In this document: piece after piece, positions 1 to 9,419 of the stretch
Position numbering within the stretch: the first letter of the stretch is position 1
Layout: each line of letters opens with the position of its first letter
The notes under the pieces: model-generated
Seen by the model: the letters and a program-made list of their open reading frames with translations, nothing else
Told to the model about the DNA's origin: nothing
The model's database searches: none
DNA from: an uncultured Gemmatimonadales bacterium
GTDB lineage: Bacteria > Gemmatimonadota > Gemmatimonadetes > Gemmatimonadales > GWC2-71-9
Direction: 5' to 3'
NCBI GenBank assembly: GCA_963748815.1
Contig: CAVVKJ010000005.1
Location: 160,001 to 224,000, forward strand
DNA length: 64,000 nucleotides
Position numbers and translations under genes: made by a program

Positions 1-35
1 ACGACGGCGCGAGCGGTCATCCTGGGCTGTGCCGC

Positions 36-1104
36 TCAGTGGAGCGCGCTCATCAGCGCGTCGGTCACCTGCGCCGTCGATCCCGTTCCGCCGAGGTCCG
101 GCGTGAGCGGCCCGCTGGCCACCACGCGCTCCACCGACCGTTCGAGTGTCGCCGCCCCCGCCGCGCATCCCAGCTGTTCCAGCATCAGCGCGCCGGTCAA
201 CACCGTGGCCATCGGGTTGGCGACGCCCTTCCCGACCAGCGGCGGTGCGGAGCCGTGCACCGGTTCGTAGAGCCCGGCGCGCCCGGGATGCAGGTTCGCG
301 CTGGCGGCGATGCCGAGTCCCCCGATCAGTCCCGCGCCGAGGTCGGAGAGGATGTCGCCGTAGAGATTAGTGGTGACAATCACCTGGAAGCGCTCCGGCT
401 CCCGCACCAGCTCGAGCGCGAGCGCGTCGACATACCGATGCTCCCGCTGGATATCCGGGTACCCGTCGCCGATTTCCTGGAAGAGACGCCCCCAGATCCG
501 CTGGTACGGGATCGCGTTGGACTTGTCGCTCATCGTGACGCGGGTCTTGCCGTGTGCCGCCGCCCACGCGAACGCCGCCTCGATGATCCGCGCGACCCCC
601 TTCCGCGAATTGATCTCCTCGGAGACGTGCACCTCGTCGGGGGTGCCGATGCTTTCCGAGCGCCCCTTCCCGAGATACTGCCCCTCCGTGTTCTCGCGGA
701 AGATCACGAAATCGATCGCGGTGCTCCCTGCCGTCGGTGCGCCGGTCGGTGCGGAGCGGCGAGAGCCTGGGGTGGAAGAGCCGCGTCGGGCGGAAGTTGA
801 TGTAGAGGTCGAGGCGAAACCGGAGGCCGAGGAGAATGTCGCGAGCGTGCTCATTGCCCGGGACGCGCGGATCGCCGAGCGCGCCCACGAGGATCGCGTC
901 CACGTCGTCGCGGAGATGCGCGAACGCCTCGTCGGGGAGAGTCTCCCCGGTGCGGAGGTAGTGGTCGGCGGAGTAGGGGAGGTGCTCGACCTCGAGCGTC
1001 AGCCCCTCGGCGCGGGCCGCCGCCTCGATGACCGGCAGGGCGGCCTCGATCACTTCCGGCCCGATGCCGTCGCCGGCGATGATGGCGATCTTCGCGCGCG
1101 TCAC
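36..1104 (-). CDS. Isocitrate/isopropylmalate dehydrogenase family protein (LeuB/tartrate DH-like); one frameshift near 740-770
   Basis: N-term IAIIAGDGIGPEV and LRFRLDLYINFRP in ORF 367..1104; C-term FRENTEG, NLYGDILSD, EPVHGSAP, ANPMA, TPDLGG in ORF 36..854. Confidence 0.85.
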
Positions 1105-1850
1105 GACATCCCTCCCTGGGTATCCTCGCCGCAGCTGACGCAGTAGCGCCAGCCCACGTCCATGTCGGCGCCACAGGTGCGGCAGGAGCCGACGTCCTGT
1201 CCCATCCCGCAGTGCGGGCAGAAATTGATGGTCATGCGGGGCGGCAGGAGTCCGCCGCAGAACGGGCAGCGCGCCTGGGTCTTGTCGAGCGAGGCCGGGG
1301 GCACGCCAGGCATCTCGGGCGCCACCGGGGTGACCGCGCTCGCGTTCGCTTCGAACACCGGGTCCGGCAGCCAGGCGTCGTCCAGGTCGGACGCCGACTC
1401 GTCATGGTGGGCTGGCTCTCGCTTGTCGACGGCCTCCGCCACGTCGCGTGGCGCCTCCGCGCGCATCGACGGCGCCTCCCCCGGCGGCGCGTAGCGCTCC
1501 TCGGGATGGACCTCCATCACGCTCATCAGGGGATCGGTCCGGAGCACGATGTGCGTGTCGCCGTACACCCGGAGGAAGGCGAGGTCGGGAATCGGCTTCT
1601 GCAGCTCGGCTTGCAGGGCCGCCTGCGCGGCGGAGTCGGCCTGGACGAACTCCCCCTCGCCCGCGCAGAGCCGGAGGAGGAGGGTCTCGTAGTCTTCCGC
1701 GCTGTCCACGCCGAGCTCCCGCCGGACCAGGCGGTAGGGGAGTACCGCGTCCATCAATTCGTTGATGGCGATCGGCTGGTGGAGGCGCGGGGGTTCCTGC
1801 TCCGAGAGCGTGCGCGCCAGCAGCCGGAAGAGCGGGTCGAGGGAGGTCAT
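1101..1850 (-). CDS. Hypothetical protein with C-terminal double zinc ribbon
   Basis: CPFCG..CPHCG..CRTCG..CVSCG; ATG at 1850; stop overlaps start of the downstream gene. Confidence 0.75.
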   Translation of the reverse strand: MTSLDPLFRLLARTLSEQEPPRLHQPIAINELMDAVLPYRLVRRELGVDSAEDYETLLLRLCAGEGEFVQADSAAQAALQAELQKPIPDLAFLRVYGDTHIVLRTDPLMSVMEVHPEERYAPPGEAPSMRAEAPRDVAEAVDKREPAHHDESASDLDDAWLPDPVFEANASAVTPVAPEMPGVPPASLDKTQARCPFCGGLLPPRMTINFCPHCGMGQDVGSCRTCGADMDVGWRYCVSCGEDTQGGMS

Positions 1851-1909
1851 GATTTCAATTTCGTTGTCCACGGCGATTGTCGCTAGACGTAGGATCTGTG
1901 CGGCAGGTC

Positions 1910-2048
1910 GGGGCGGGCATACGCCCGCCCCTGGGCCAGCGAAGCCGCGACCTGGCGCCGGGAGATGAGCCAATCGTGCCCACGGAGCTCCGCGAAAGGC
2001 GCGGAATCGCGTCGTTCGCCGTTCGAGGGGTGGGCGTATGCCCACCCC
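1910..2048. repeat. Pair of REP-like hairpins, family C (GGGGYGGGC-N4-GCCCRCCCC)
   Basis: ggggcgggcatacgcccgcccc at 1910-1931 and ggggtgggcgtatgcccacccc at 2027-2048; related copies at 15359, 16874, 16971, 19881. Confidence 0.8.
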
Positions 2049-2071
2049 GCAGGGTCGAGGGCCAATATCGA

Positions 2072-2713
2072 TCATTGATTGGGCGATTCCTCCTCCCGCA
2101 ATTCAATCGCGTCCCCACGTGTCAGCCGGTCGGCTAGACTGGTATACGCCGCATCCGCGTCGTATTCGAGGTATTGCCCCCGGCCGCGCTTCGCGGTCAG
2201 CCAGGTGTCGAAGCCCGACGGAATGGCGCCGTCGGAGGTGTGCTGCTCGGTGGCGGCAGCCACGGCGAGGTCGTTGGCGTACTCATTCTTGGCGTGCCCC
2301 TGGTGCCCGCGCACCCACGTCCACTGGACCTCGTGCTTGCCGGCCGAGGAGACCAGCTGCTGCCATAGCGGAAGGTTTTCGATGGGCCCGCCTTTGCGCG
2401 TCCATCCGCGCGCCTTCCAGGCCGGCACCCACTCGCGCATTCCCTTCACCAGGTACTCCGAGTCCGACACCAGCAGTACGCGCATCCGCTGCCCCTTGCC
2501 GGCCAGCAGCTGGAGCGCGGCGATGCCGCTGGCCAGTGCCATCCGGTTGTTGGTGGTGTCGGCGGCGTGGAGGAAGAAGTCCCGGCGCTGGACGCCGCTC
2601 TTCGTGGCGGTCTCGATGAGGCCGCCGGCGCCGCCGGGGGTCTTTCCCTCCTGGCCGTTGCCGAGACAGCTCTCGTCAAGGTGCACCACGGCAATCGCGA
2701 GTGGCTGGGTCAT
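2072..2713 (-). CDS. rnhA: Ribonuclease HI (variant active site)
   Basis: DESCLGNG, TTNNRM, SDSEY, WKARGW, ENLPLWQQL, WVRGHQGHAKNE motifs; ATG at 2713. Confidence 0.85.
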   Translation of the reverse strand: MTQPLAIAVVHLDESCLGNGQEGKTPGGAGGLIETATKSGVQRRDFFLHAADTTNNRMALASGIAALQLLAGKGQRMRVLLVSDSEYLVKGMREWVPAWKARGWTRKGGPIENLPLWQQLVSSAGKHEVQWTWVRGHQGHAKNEYANDLAVAAATEQHTSDGAIPSGFDTWLTAKRGRGQYLEYDADAAYTSLADRLTRGDAIELREEESPNQ

Positions 2714-2934
2714 CCGTCGTTCCTCAGCACCTGGAACCATTCGATATCCTTGAGCAGAAACTCCATCATCTCTCCCGTCATCGGCAGGCGCGCGTGAAAG
2801 GCCTCGCCCCGCGGCCCGGCCGCGACCCGTTCGGCGAGCACGATGTACTCTGTCCCTCGACGGTCCACGACGACGCGCAGCCCGTTCCGGCACGCGTGCT
2901 CGAGCTGGTCGTACTTTTCACTATTCCAACGCAC
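2710..2934 (-). CDS. Small protein, possible Sm-like fold (Rof/YaeO- or WYL-like)
   Basis: GTG start with GAGGAG RBS; ATGA overlap with rnhA; YDQLEHAC...EFLLKDIEWF pattern. Confidence 0.65.
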   Translation of the reverse strand: MRWNSEKYDQLEHACRNGLRVVVDRRGTEYIVLAERVAAGPRGEAFHARLPMTGEMMEFLLKDIEWFQVLRNDG

Positions 2935-2946
2935 CTAGGCTCCTCA

Positions 2947-3100
2947 GGCGTCCCCCCTCTCCATCATATGGAGAGGGGGACAGGGGGTGAGGCAAGACTG
3001 CGGGGCCGCGGGGCAGGGGGGCAGCGGGGCAGTCAATTGCATCAATCCTTTGCGGGCGTCCCCCCTCTCCATCATATGGAGAGGGGGACAGGGGGTGAGG
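2947..3100. repeat. Two identical 46-bp direct repeats, family B (hairpin + GGGGGTGAGG tail)
   Basis: ggcgtcccccctctccatcatatggagagggggacagggggtgagg at 2947-2992 and 3055-3100, with a G-rich spacer. Confidence 0.9.
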
Positions 3101-4157
3101 TGAAGACGCGAACGTGCCCAACTGGCCCATTCACCAGCCTCCCGATCACCGCCGCGGCCGGCGTCCGCTCCCGCCGAAGCGCCGCGAGCAATTCGTCAAG
3201 CCGGTCCGGACGCACCGCCAGCAGCAGTCCCCCCGAGGTCTGCGCATCAGCCAGCAGAATCCGGTTGGCAGCCGACACCTCCGCTTCGTAGGTGGTGACG
3301 AGCGCGGCCGCTTCGATGTTGCGCTGGGTACCTCCCGGCACCAACCCTTCGTCCGCCATCTGGCGCGCATGCGCGAATGCCGGCAGATTCTCCACCCAGA
3401 GTTCGGCGGCGAGTCGGCTCCCCGCCAGGATGTTGCCGAGGTGCCCGAGGAGCCCGAAGCCGGTGATGTCGGTCGCGGCGCGGACGCCGGCGACCCGCGC
3501 CGCCCGCGCCGCCCCGGCGTTCAGGGTGCGCATCGAGGCGACGGCCGGTGCAACCTCCGCCTCCGTCAGGCGGTCCCGCTTGAGGGCTGTGGTCAGCAGT
3601 CCGGTGCCGAGCGGCTTGGTGAGGACCAGGATGTCGCCCGCCTTGCCGGCGGCATTGGTCAGGAGCGCGTCGGGGTGCACCTCGCCGGTGACGGCGAGCC
3701 CGAACTTCGGCTCCGCGTCGTCGATCGAATGTCCGCCAAGCAGGAGACACCCTGCTTCCTGCGCGACGTCGGCGGCACCGGCCATGACCTCGCCGAGCAG
3801 GTCGAAGGGGAGGCCGGTCCGGGGCCAGGCGACGAGATTCAGGGCGAAGAGCGGCGTGCCGCCCATCGCGTAGACGTCGCTGAGGGCGTTGGCGGCGGCA
3901 ATGGCGCCCCAGTCCCGCGCGTCGTCCACGATGGGCGTGAAGAAGTCGGTCGTCGCGATCAGGGCCCGGTCGGCGGAGAGCCGAAAGACCGCGGCGTCGT
4001 CGCGCGAACCGGCATCCACCAGCACGCGCGGGTCCGTCACGCTCGGCAGGTGGCGCAACACCTCCGTCAACTCGGCGCTGCCGAGCTTGCAGGCGCAGCC
4101 CGCGCCGTGGGAGAGCGCCGTGAGCCGGATCCGTGCGCCGGCCTGCCGAACAGTCAT
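3072..4157 (-). CDS. selD: Selenide, water dikinase (Cys-type)
   Basis: LTALSHGAGCACKLG, DDAAV, TTDFFTPIVDD, NALSDVYAMGG, GGHSI, TDITGFGLLGH, DAQTSGGLL. Confidence 0.93.
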   Translation of the reverse strand: MTVRQAGARIRLTALSHGAGCACKLGSAELTEVLRHLPSVTDPRVLVDAGSRDDAAVFRLSADRALIATTDFFTPIVDDARDWGAIAAANALSDVYAMGGTPLFALNLVAWPRTGLPFDLLGEVMAGAADVAQEAGCLLLGGHSIDDAEPKFGLAVTGEVHPDALLTNAAGKAGDILVLTKPLGTGLLTTALKRDRLTEAEVAPAVASMRTLNAGAARAARVAGVRAATDITGFGLLGHLGNILAGSRLAAELWVENLPAFAHARQMADEGLVPGGTQRNIEAAALVTTYEAEVSAANRILLADAQTSGGLLLAVRPDRLDELLAALRRERTPAAAVIGRLVNGPVGHVRVFTSPPVPLSI

Positions 4158-4187
4158 TCGTACTTTCCTCGCAGTGGAGTCCAATTC

Positions 4188-4922
4188 GTGAACCCTACAG
4201 TCGCGCTCGGCACGGCGTTCCTCCTCGGCCTGGCCCACGCCATCGAGGTGGACCACATGATTGCCGTCACCGCGTTCGTGAGCACCCGCCCGGCGCTGCG
4301 CTCCGCCGCCGGCTTCGGCCTGCGCTGGGGGCTGGGCCACTCGCTGGCGGTCTTCATTGCGGGCGGCATCCTGATCGCCACGGGGCTCCGCTGGCCCGCC
4401 GGATACGACGCCCTCGGCGAGGCGCTGGTCGGCGCGCTGCTGGTGGGGGTCGGCGTCTGGGCCATGCTGCGCGCCCGCAAGTTACATCTCCACCCGCCCG
4501 AGGAACACGGGGACCACGCCCACCTGCACGCACACCGGGCCGCCGCCTCAGTCCACACCCACGGGCATCACGCGCATGCCACGCCGGCACACCCGCCGGT
4601 CGGGCACCACCATCATCATGCGCCGCAACGCGAGAAGCACGGCATCACGGTGGTCGGCCTGATGCACGGCCTGGCCGGGACAAGCGCCGTGGTGGCGCTG
4701 GTGCCGGTCACCCTGATGGACCGCAAGATCGTCGGGCTCGGCTACCTGGTGGCGTTCGGGCTGGGGACCGTCCTGGCGATGACGGCCTACGCGGTCGTGG
4801 CGGCGGCCGCACTCCGCCGCGCGTCGGAAGGGTCGCTCAAGTGGGGGCGGATGCTGGGGCGGTTTGTGGGGGCGGGGAGCATTCTGGTGGGGGTGTGGTG
4901 GATTTGGAGGGCGGTGGGATAG
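4188..4922 (+). CDS. Nickel/cobalt transporter-like membrane protein (UreH/HupN/RcnA-like)
   Basis: LGLAHAIEVDH, WGLGHS, His-rich loop, GLMHGLAGT; GTG at 4188. Confidence 0.8.
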   Translation: MNPTVALGTAFLLGLAHAIEVDHMIAVTAFVSTRPALRSAAGFGLRWGLGHSLAVFIAGGILIATGLRWPAGYDALGEALVGALLVGVGVWAMLRARKLHLHPPEEHGDHAHLHAHRAAASVHTHGHHAHATPAHPPVGHHHHHAPQREKHGITVVGLMHGLAGTSAVVALVPVTLMDRKIVGLGYLVAFGLGTVLAMTAYAVVAAAALRRASEGSLKWGRMLGRFVGAGSILVGVWWIWRAVG

Positions 4923-4994
4923 CGCGACCAGGACTCTGGCGAAGCACCGTACCGCTTGCTAGGTTGGCGCACTTCTCCAATAGGAGAGGCGCGC

Positions 4995-6695
4995 ATGATT
5001 CCGACCCAGGATCTCCCTTCCAACACCTTCGACGTCGACGACGTCGAACCGGCCACCATGTGGGTGGACACGTGGAGCCCCAAGCAGGCCATCCAAAGCC
5101 TGCTCGGGTCAGGAACCGGCCCGGGATTCGGGCCCATCGAGGCCTGCTGGAGCGCCACCCAACCCTGCCTGTCCGAAATCAGCATCCACCCGCTGCTGGC
5201 CGCGACCCACCGTGCCTTCGCCGAGCATCGGCCGCTGTCGCTCTCGCCCGACGTCATCTGGGTCACCATCGTGCAGGGGCTGGCACAGCATGTTCGCCGC
5301 GACCCCGAGCGATTTCGTAGCCTCCTCGTCGGGCACGAGGGGAGGCGGACCATCGAGATCGAGACGCCCGAGATCACGGGCGACAGCCCCGAGAATCCAT
5401 GGGACGACGTGATCACCGATCTGGCGGATCGCCTTGCCCGCGAGGCGGGTCCCCTTGTGGGTCGCCTGACCGCCGACTTCAGCACCACGGGGCCGGTGGA
5501 ACGCGTCGTGAGCGAAGTGGCGCTCCTCGACCTCTTTGAACCGTACTTCACCTACGCAGTCAGATGCGTGTGCGGGATCCCGACAATCACGCTGGAGGGC
5601 TGCGCCGACGATTGGAAACGGCTGCGCCAGAAGGTCGACCTGCTGGAGGAATTCGGGCTGGAGTGGTGGCTGGCGGAGTTGCGTCCCATCTGCGACCAGT
5701 TTGTCCGTGCCGCCTCAGGCGATGTGGACCGGGCGCACTGGCAGCGGATGTACAAGCCGGCAGCGGCGTATGCGAGGACGGTGATGACCGGATGGCTGGG
5801 GATGATGTTCCCCTACCTCAAAGGTGGACGGGATCGCAACCCGCTGTTCGAACCCGCCACGCGGGCGGAGATCGAGGAGTGGACACGCAGGCAGGGCGAA
5901 AGCGCCTACATCCTTGGCGTCGCCCTCGGTTCTTGGATGGGCGACCCTCCCGGCCTCGACGAGGCGACCGTACCGGTTGGGTTGAGCCTTGTTCCCTTCT
6001 CCCTGATTGACGAGGAGACGAGGAGCACGCGAAGAATGCAGTTCGTGGCGGGGGCGATGGCAGTCACGTACGATCAGACCTCGGGCGCGCTTCGCCCGGT
6101 GCTTGGGTGGGCGGTCCGGGGGGAGCCGCCGATCGTCGGCGCGCGCGCACACATGGGGGCGTTGCTGGGCGCCTTGGCCGGTCAGGGCAGCAAGCCGCCC
6201 GCTGATTTTCAGGAGGGTCGGCGTCCGTTCGACTTCATCGTCCACGAACTCTTGGAGGATGATCTCAGGCAGTTCTATGGCACCTACCACAGTGCGGCAA
6301 TTCATCCGAGGCCGCGCGGGAGGCTCCCCGACTGGCGCTTCCTGGACCGTTGGCGAGAGTTATCCGCGACGTATACCATCTTTCCGCTCTCCGATTGGTC
6401 AGTCCCGGCGTGGGCCAATGAAGATACGAATGCACCGGAGTATCTCTGTTTCGGGGTCCTTGCGGACAGAACGGAACTACTCATTCGGCTTGGGTGGTTG
6501 GCTGGCGACGCCACGGGTGAAGTGTCCGTCGGGCGACGGAACGGTGCCCCGGTGGCCGACACCGGGATCACGGTGGCACGCAGCTTTGCAGAATTTCTCG
6601 GCCAGGCAATCGAGAGTCCGGAGCCCTTCTTTCGCGCTTCAGGCTTCGTCCCTCTGGACCCAGCCGAAGGGCGGCGGCAGCCGAAGGGTGGCTGA
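4995..6695 (+). CDS. DUF4419 domain protein with probable C-terminal SMI1/KNR4-like domain
   Basis: AFAEHRPLSLSPDVIW, ADFSTT, CGIPTITLEGCADDW, TGWLG; C-term LRQFY..IFPL..YLCFG..VARSFAEFL; AGGAG RBS. Confidence 0.7.
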   Translation: MIPTQDLPSNTFDVDDVEPATMWVDTWSPKQAIQSLLGSGTGPGFGPIEACWSATQPCLSEISIHPLLAATHRAFAEHRPLSLSPDVIWVTIVQGLAQHVRRDPERFRSLLVGHEGRRTIEIETPEITGDSPENPWDDVITDLADRLAREAGPLVGRLTADFSTTGPVERVVSEVALLDLFEPYFTYAVRCVCGIPTITLEGCADDWKRLRQKVDLLEEFGLEWWLAELRPICDQFVRAASGDVDRAHWQRMYKPAAAYARTVMTGWLGMMFPYLKGGRDRNPLFEPATRAEIEEWTRRQGESAYILGVALGSWMGDPPGLDEATVPVGLSLVPFSLIDEETRSTRRMQFVAGAMAVTYDQTSGALRPVLGWAVRGEPPIVGARAHMGALLGALAGQGSKPPADFQEGRRPFDFIVHELLEDDLRQFYGTYHSAAIHPRPRGRLPDWRFLDRWRELSATYTIFPLSDWSVPAWANEDTNAPEYLCFGVLADRTELLIRLGWLAGDATGEVSVGRRNGAPVADTGITVARSFAEFLGQAIESPEPFFRASGFVPLDPAEGRRQPKGG

Positions 6696-6713
6696 CCACG
6701 GTGGGCGGGTCGG

Positions 6714-7626
6714 CTAGCCACCGCCCCGCGGTCCCGCGGCCCCGCCGAGCAGCGCCCGCAGCCCAATCAACGCCCGCTCCTCCTGCGCCGTCGCCCCGAA
6801 GGCGCCGTCCTTCCGCTGCATCGAGAGCAGCGCCGGCACCGCCCGCGCAATCGCCTTCCGGGCGGGCGGCGTGTTGGCCACCAGCAACGACTCCAGCGCG
6901 TGGAAGAGGTCGGCGTTGGCCCAGGTGCCGTCTCCCTGCTGGTTTTCCGCGATGAATAGGGCGGTCTTGAGCGTGGCGCCGCGGTAGACCGGCGGCGAGA
7001 TCGCCAGCGGATGCAGGGCCGCGATGATGAGGTCGGGCGCGTAGTACCCGCTCCAGTCGTCCCACACATCGGCGAGCACGGCCAGGCTGGTCAGGTGCTT
7101 CTTGACGCTCGCCTTCCCCGCCAATCCCGCCATCAGCACGGCCCGCAGCGCGAGGCAGCTCACCGCGAACCGCGCCTGCGCCTCGGCGCGAAAAGTCTTG
7201 CCGCAGGGCATCGTGATCGGCGCCAGCCGTTCGGTCTCCGGCGCCGGTGCGAAGAAACCCGCCAGGTAGTGGTCGCACGCCTTCTGCTCGTGGCGCGCCG
7301 GGTGGCAGCCCTCGCCGAACGCCCCCGGTTGTCCCGCCAGCCCAAGGGTCCAGGTGATGAAGCGCGCCGTGCCCGGTTCCTGCCCCGAGTGCCCCAGGTC
7401 CATCAACTCGATGGCGCGCCAGATGGTGGGCAGCGCCGCGCCGCCGACGCTGCCGTCGGGGCGGAGTCCCTTCTGCAGGCGCGGCGATGATGGCCGTGCG
7501 CGCGGCGTCGTCTCCGGGCGCCGGCCGGCCGAGCGCCTCCCGCGCCAGGAGCGCCGCGCGGGTACGGCGCGGGGCAAAGAACTCCTCGAGCCGCGTGACG
7601 GCGGCGTCGGTGTTGGGGTGCTTCAT
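6714..7626 (-). CDS. Hypothetical protein with prenyltransferase/terpene cyclase-like QxxDGxW repeats; frameshift near 7485
   Basis: MKHPNTD start at 7626 joins frame 6714..7577; QQGDGTW, QRKDGAFG. Confidence 0.6.
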
Positions 7627-7988
7627 GCCAGGAGGAGCGAGAGGATGCCGCCTGCAGCCGCCCCGCGGAGGCCACCGAGGAGCACGTGCGCCAGGGGAGG
7701 GAAGGGGGAGTCGTCCATGTCGGCTATCCGCATCCAGCCGGCCCACTCGACCAGCAGCCCCATCAGCCCGAAGAGGAGCCACCAGCCGCCGTGCCCGAGG
7801 CTCGCGAACCAGAGCCCCGCGATGAGCGTGAAGAGCAGCGCTTCGATGAAATAGGCGCCGGGTGCCCGGCGCAACACCGTGCGCCCCGGCTCTCGCGTTC
7901 CCCCGGCCACCTTGCCCTCGATCGCCTCCCAAAGGAGGAAGAAGAGCCACACGGCCATCCAGCCGAGCACCAGGCGCGCGAGAGGCAT
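7623..7988 (-). CDS. Hypothetical membrane protein
   Basis: About four hydrophobic segments; operonic spacing with neighbours. Confidence 0.65.
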   Translation of the reverse strand: MPLARLVLGWMAVWLFFLLWEAIEGKVAGGTREPGRTVLRRAPGAYFIEALLFTLIAGLWFASLGHGGWWLLFGLMGLLVEWAGWMRIADMDDSPFPPLAHVLLGGLRGAAAGGILSLLLA

Positions 7989-7993
7989 CCCCG

Positions 7994-9352
7994 CTACCAG
8001 CGGTTGCGGATCGAATCCGCCAGGATGAGCTGGCCGCGCACCATCACGCGGGTGACGGAGCGCGTGTTCCGGATATCCGCCAACGGGTCCCGACCCAGGA
8101 TCACCAGGTCGGCGGCCTTGCCCGGCACCAGCGTGCCCAGCGAGTCCGCCCCCAGGAGCGCCGCCGCGTCGCGCGTGGCCGCCCGCAGCGCCTCCGCGGG
8201 GGTCAGTCCCGCGCCGACGAGCAGCTCGAGTTCAAGGTGCTCGCTGGCACCCGGCACCAGCATCTGGTTCGAGGCGTCGGTACCGGTCACGATCCGTCCG
8301 CCGGCCTGCCGGAATGCCCGCACGAACAGGTCCTGCATCGGCCGTCCCCGGCGGAACGCGGCGAAGTCGGCGGGCGTCCAGCCGGCACGGCTCACCATTT
8401 CTGGAACGTTCCACGCCGCCCGCTCATTGGCGGGCACCGAGAGCAGGTCGGGATTCGTGGCGGAGGCGCTGTCGTCCAACCGGCTGAACACCTCGTGCAG
8501 CGCCAGCGTCGGGACCATCGTCACCTTCGTCTCGGCGAGTTGCTCCGCCAGGCGGGAAAGGGTGACGGAATCGAGGGTGGCCCAGCTTCGCTCGAAGGCG
8601 GTCCACCCCGCCCAGAAGCCGTTCTGGTGGGCGGCGAAGAGCGCATCGGGCCTTCCCGCCGCTTCCGGCACGCCGCTGAGGTGCTCGATCGACGCGACAC
8701 CGAGCTTGCTCGCCGTGAGCGCGTCGGTCAGGCCGAGGTGAACGGCCACCGGCATCCGGAAGGTGCGGGCCTCGTCGACCACCGCCTCGAGGAGTTCCGG
8801 TGTGAGGCGGGTGTAACCCTTGATGAAGTGAGCGCCGGCGACGGAGAGGCGGTCCACGGCCTGCCGTGCCCCGCGGCTGTCGGTCACTTCGGTGGCATTG
8901 GGATAGGTGGCGGGCGCGCCGTCGATCATCGCCCCCGCCACGTAGATCCGCGGGCTCAGGCCGCCGCCGAGGTCGGCGGCCTCCGACATCGCGAAGATGC
9001 TGTCGGCCTGGTTGTGGACATCGCGCACGGTGGTGACGCCGTAGGCCACGTAGCGGTCGAGGGCCCAGCGGGCCACGTGCGCGTGGGCGTCGATGAGGCC
9101 GGGGATGATCCAGCTGCCGGACACGTCGACCTGCTTGGTGCCACGGGGGAGAAGCACATTTTCCCGCTGACCGACCGCCTCGATGGTGCTGCCTCGCACG
9201 AGGACCACGCCATCGCGAATGGGTGTGCCGCCTCGACCGTCGAGGATGGTGGCACCCATGAGGGCCGTGCGCGGGGGGCCCTGTTCGGCGCAGCCGCCGA
9301 GGAGGGAGAGGCCGAGGGCCAGGGTGGTGACGGTCGCTGCGGCTCTGATCAT
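7994..9352 (-). CDS. Amidohydrolase family lipoprotein
   Basis: PGLIDAHAH, GVTTVRD, GTDA, GKAADLVIL; lipobox LGGC. Confidence 0.88.
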   Translation of the reverse strand: MIRAAATVTTLALGLSLLGGCAEQGPPRTALMGATILDGRGGTPIRDGVVLVRGSTIEAVGQRENVLLPRGTKQVDVSGSWIIPGLIDAHAHVARWALDRYVAYGVTTVRDVHNQADSIFAMSEAADLGGGLSPRIYVAGAMIDGAPATYPNATEVTDSRGARQAVDRLSVAGAHFIKGYTRLTPELLEAVVDEARTFRMPVAVHLGLTDALTASKLGVASIEHLSGVPEAAGRPDALFAAHQNGFWAGWTAFERSWATLDSVTLSRLAEQLAETKVTMVPTLALHEVFSRLDDSASATNPDLLSVPANERAAWNVPEMVSRAGWTPADFAAFRRGRPMQDLFVRAFRQAGGRIVTGTDASNQMLVPGASEHLELELLVGAGLTPAEALRAATRDAAALLGADSLGTLVPGKAADLVILGRDPLADIRNTRSVTRVMVRGQLILADSIRNRW

Positions 9353-9419
9353 CGCGAGGCCCGAACGGTGAAGGGGTCGGCGGAAAAGCGCCCCGGGGTG
9401 GCCGGGGCGCTGGAGGAAT

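Noticed and set aside
2947..3100. Mini CRISPR array
   Set aside because: Only two 46-bp units, the spacer is itself repetitive, there are no cas genes, and the unit belongs to a dispersed family
4090..4100. Selenocysteine codon in selD
   Set aside because: Codons read TGC-GCC-TGC-AAG (Cys); there is no in-frame TGA
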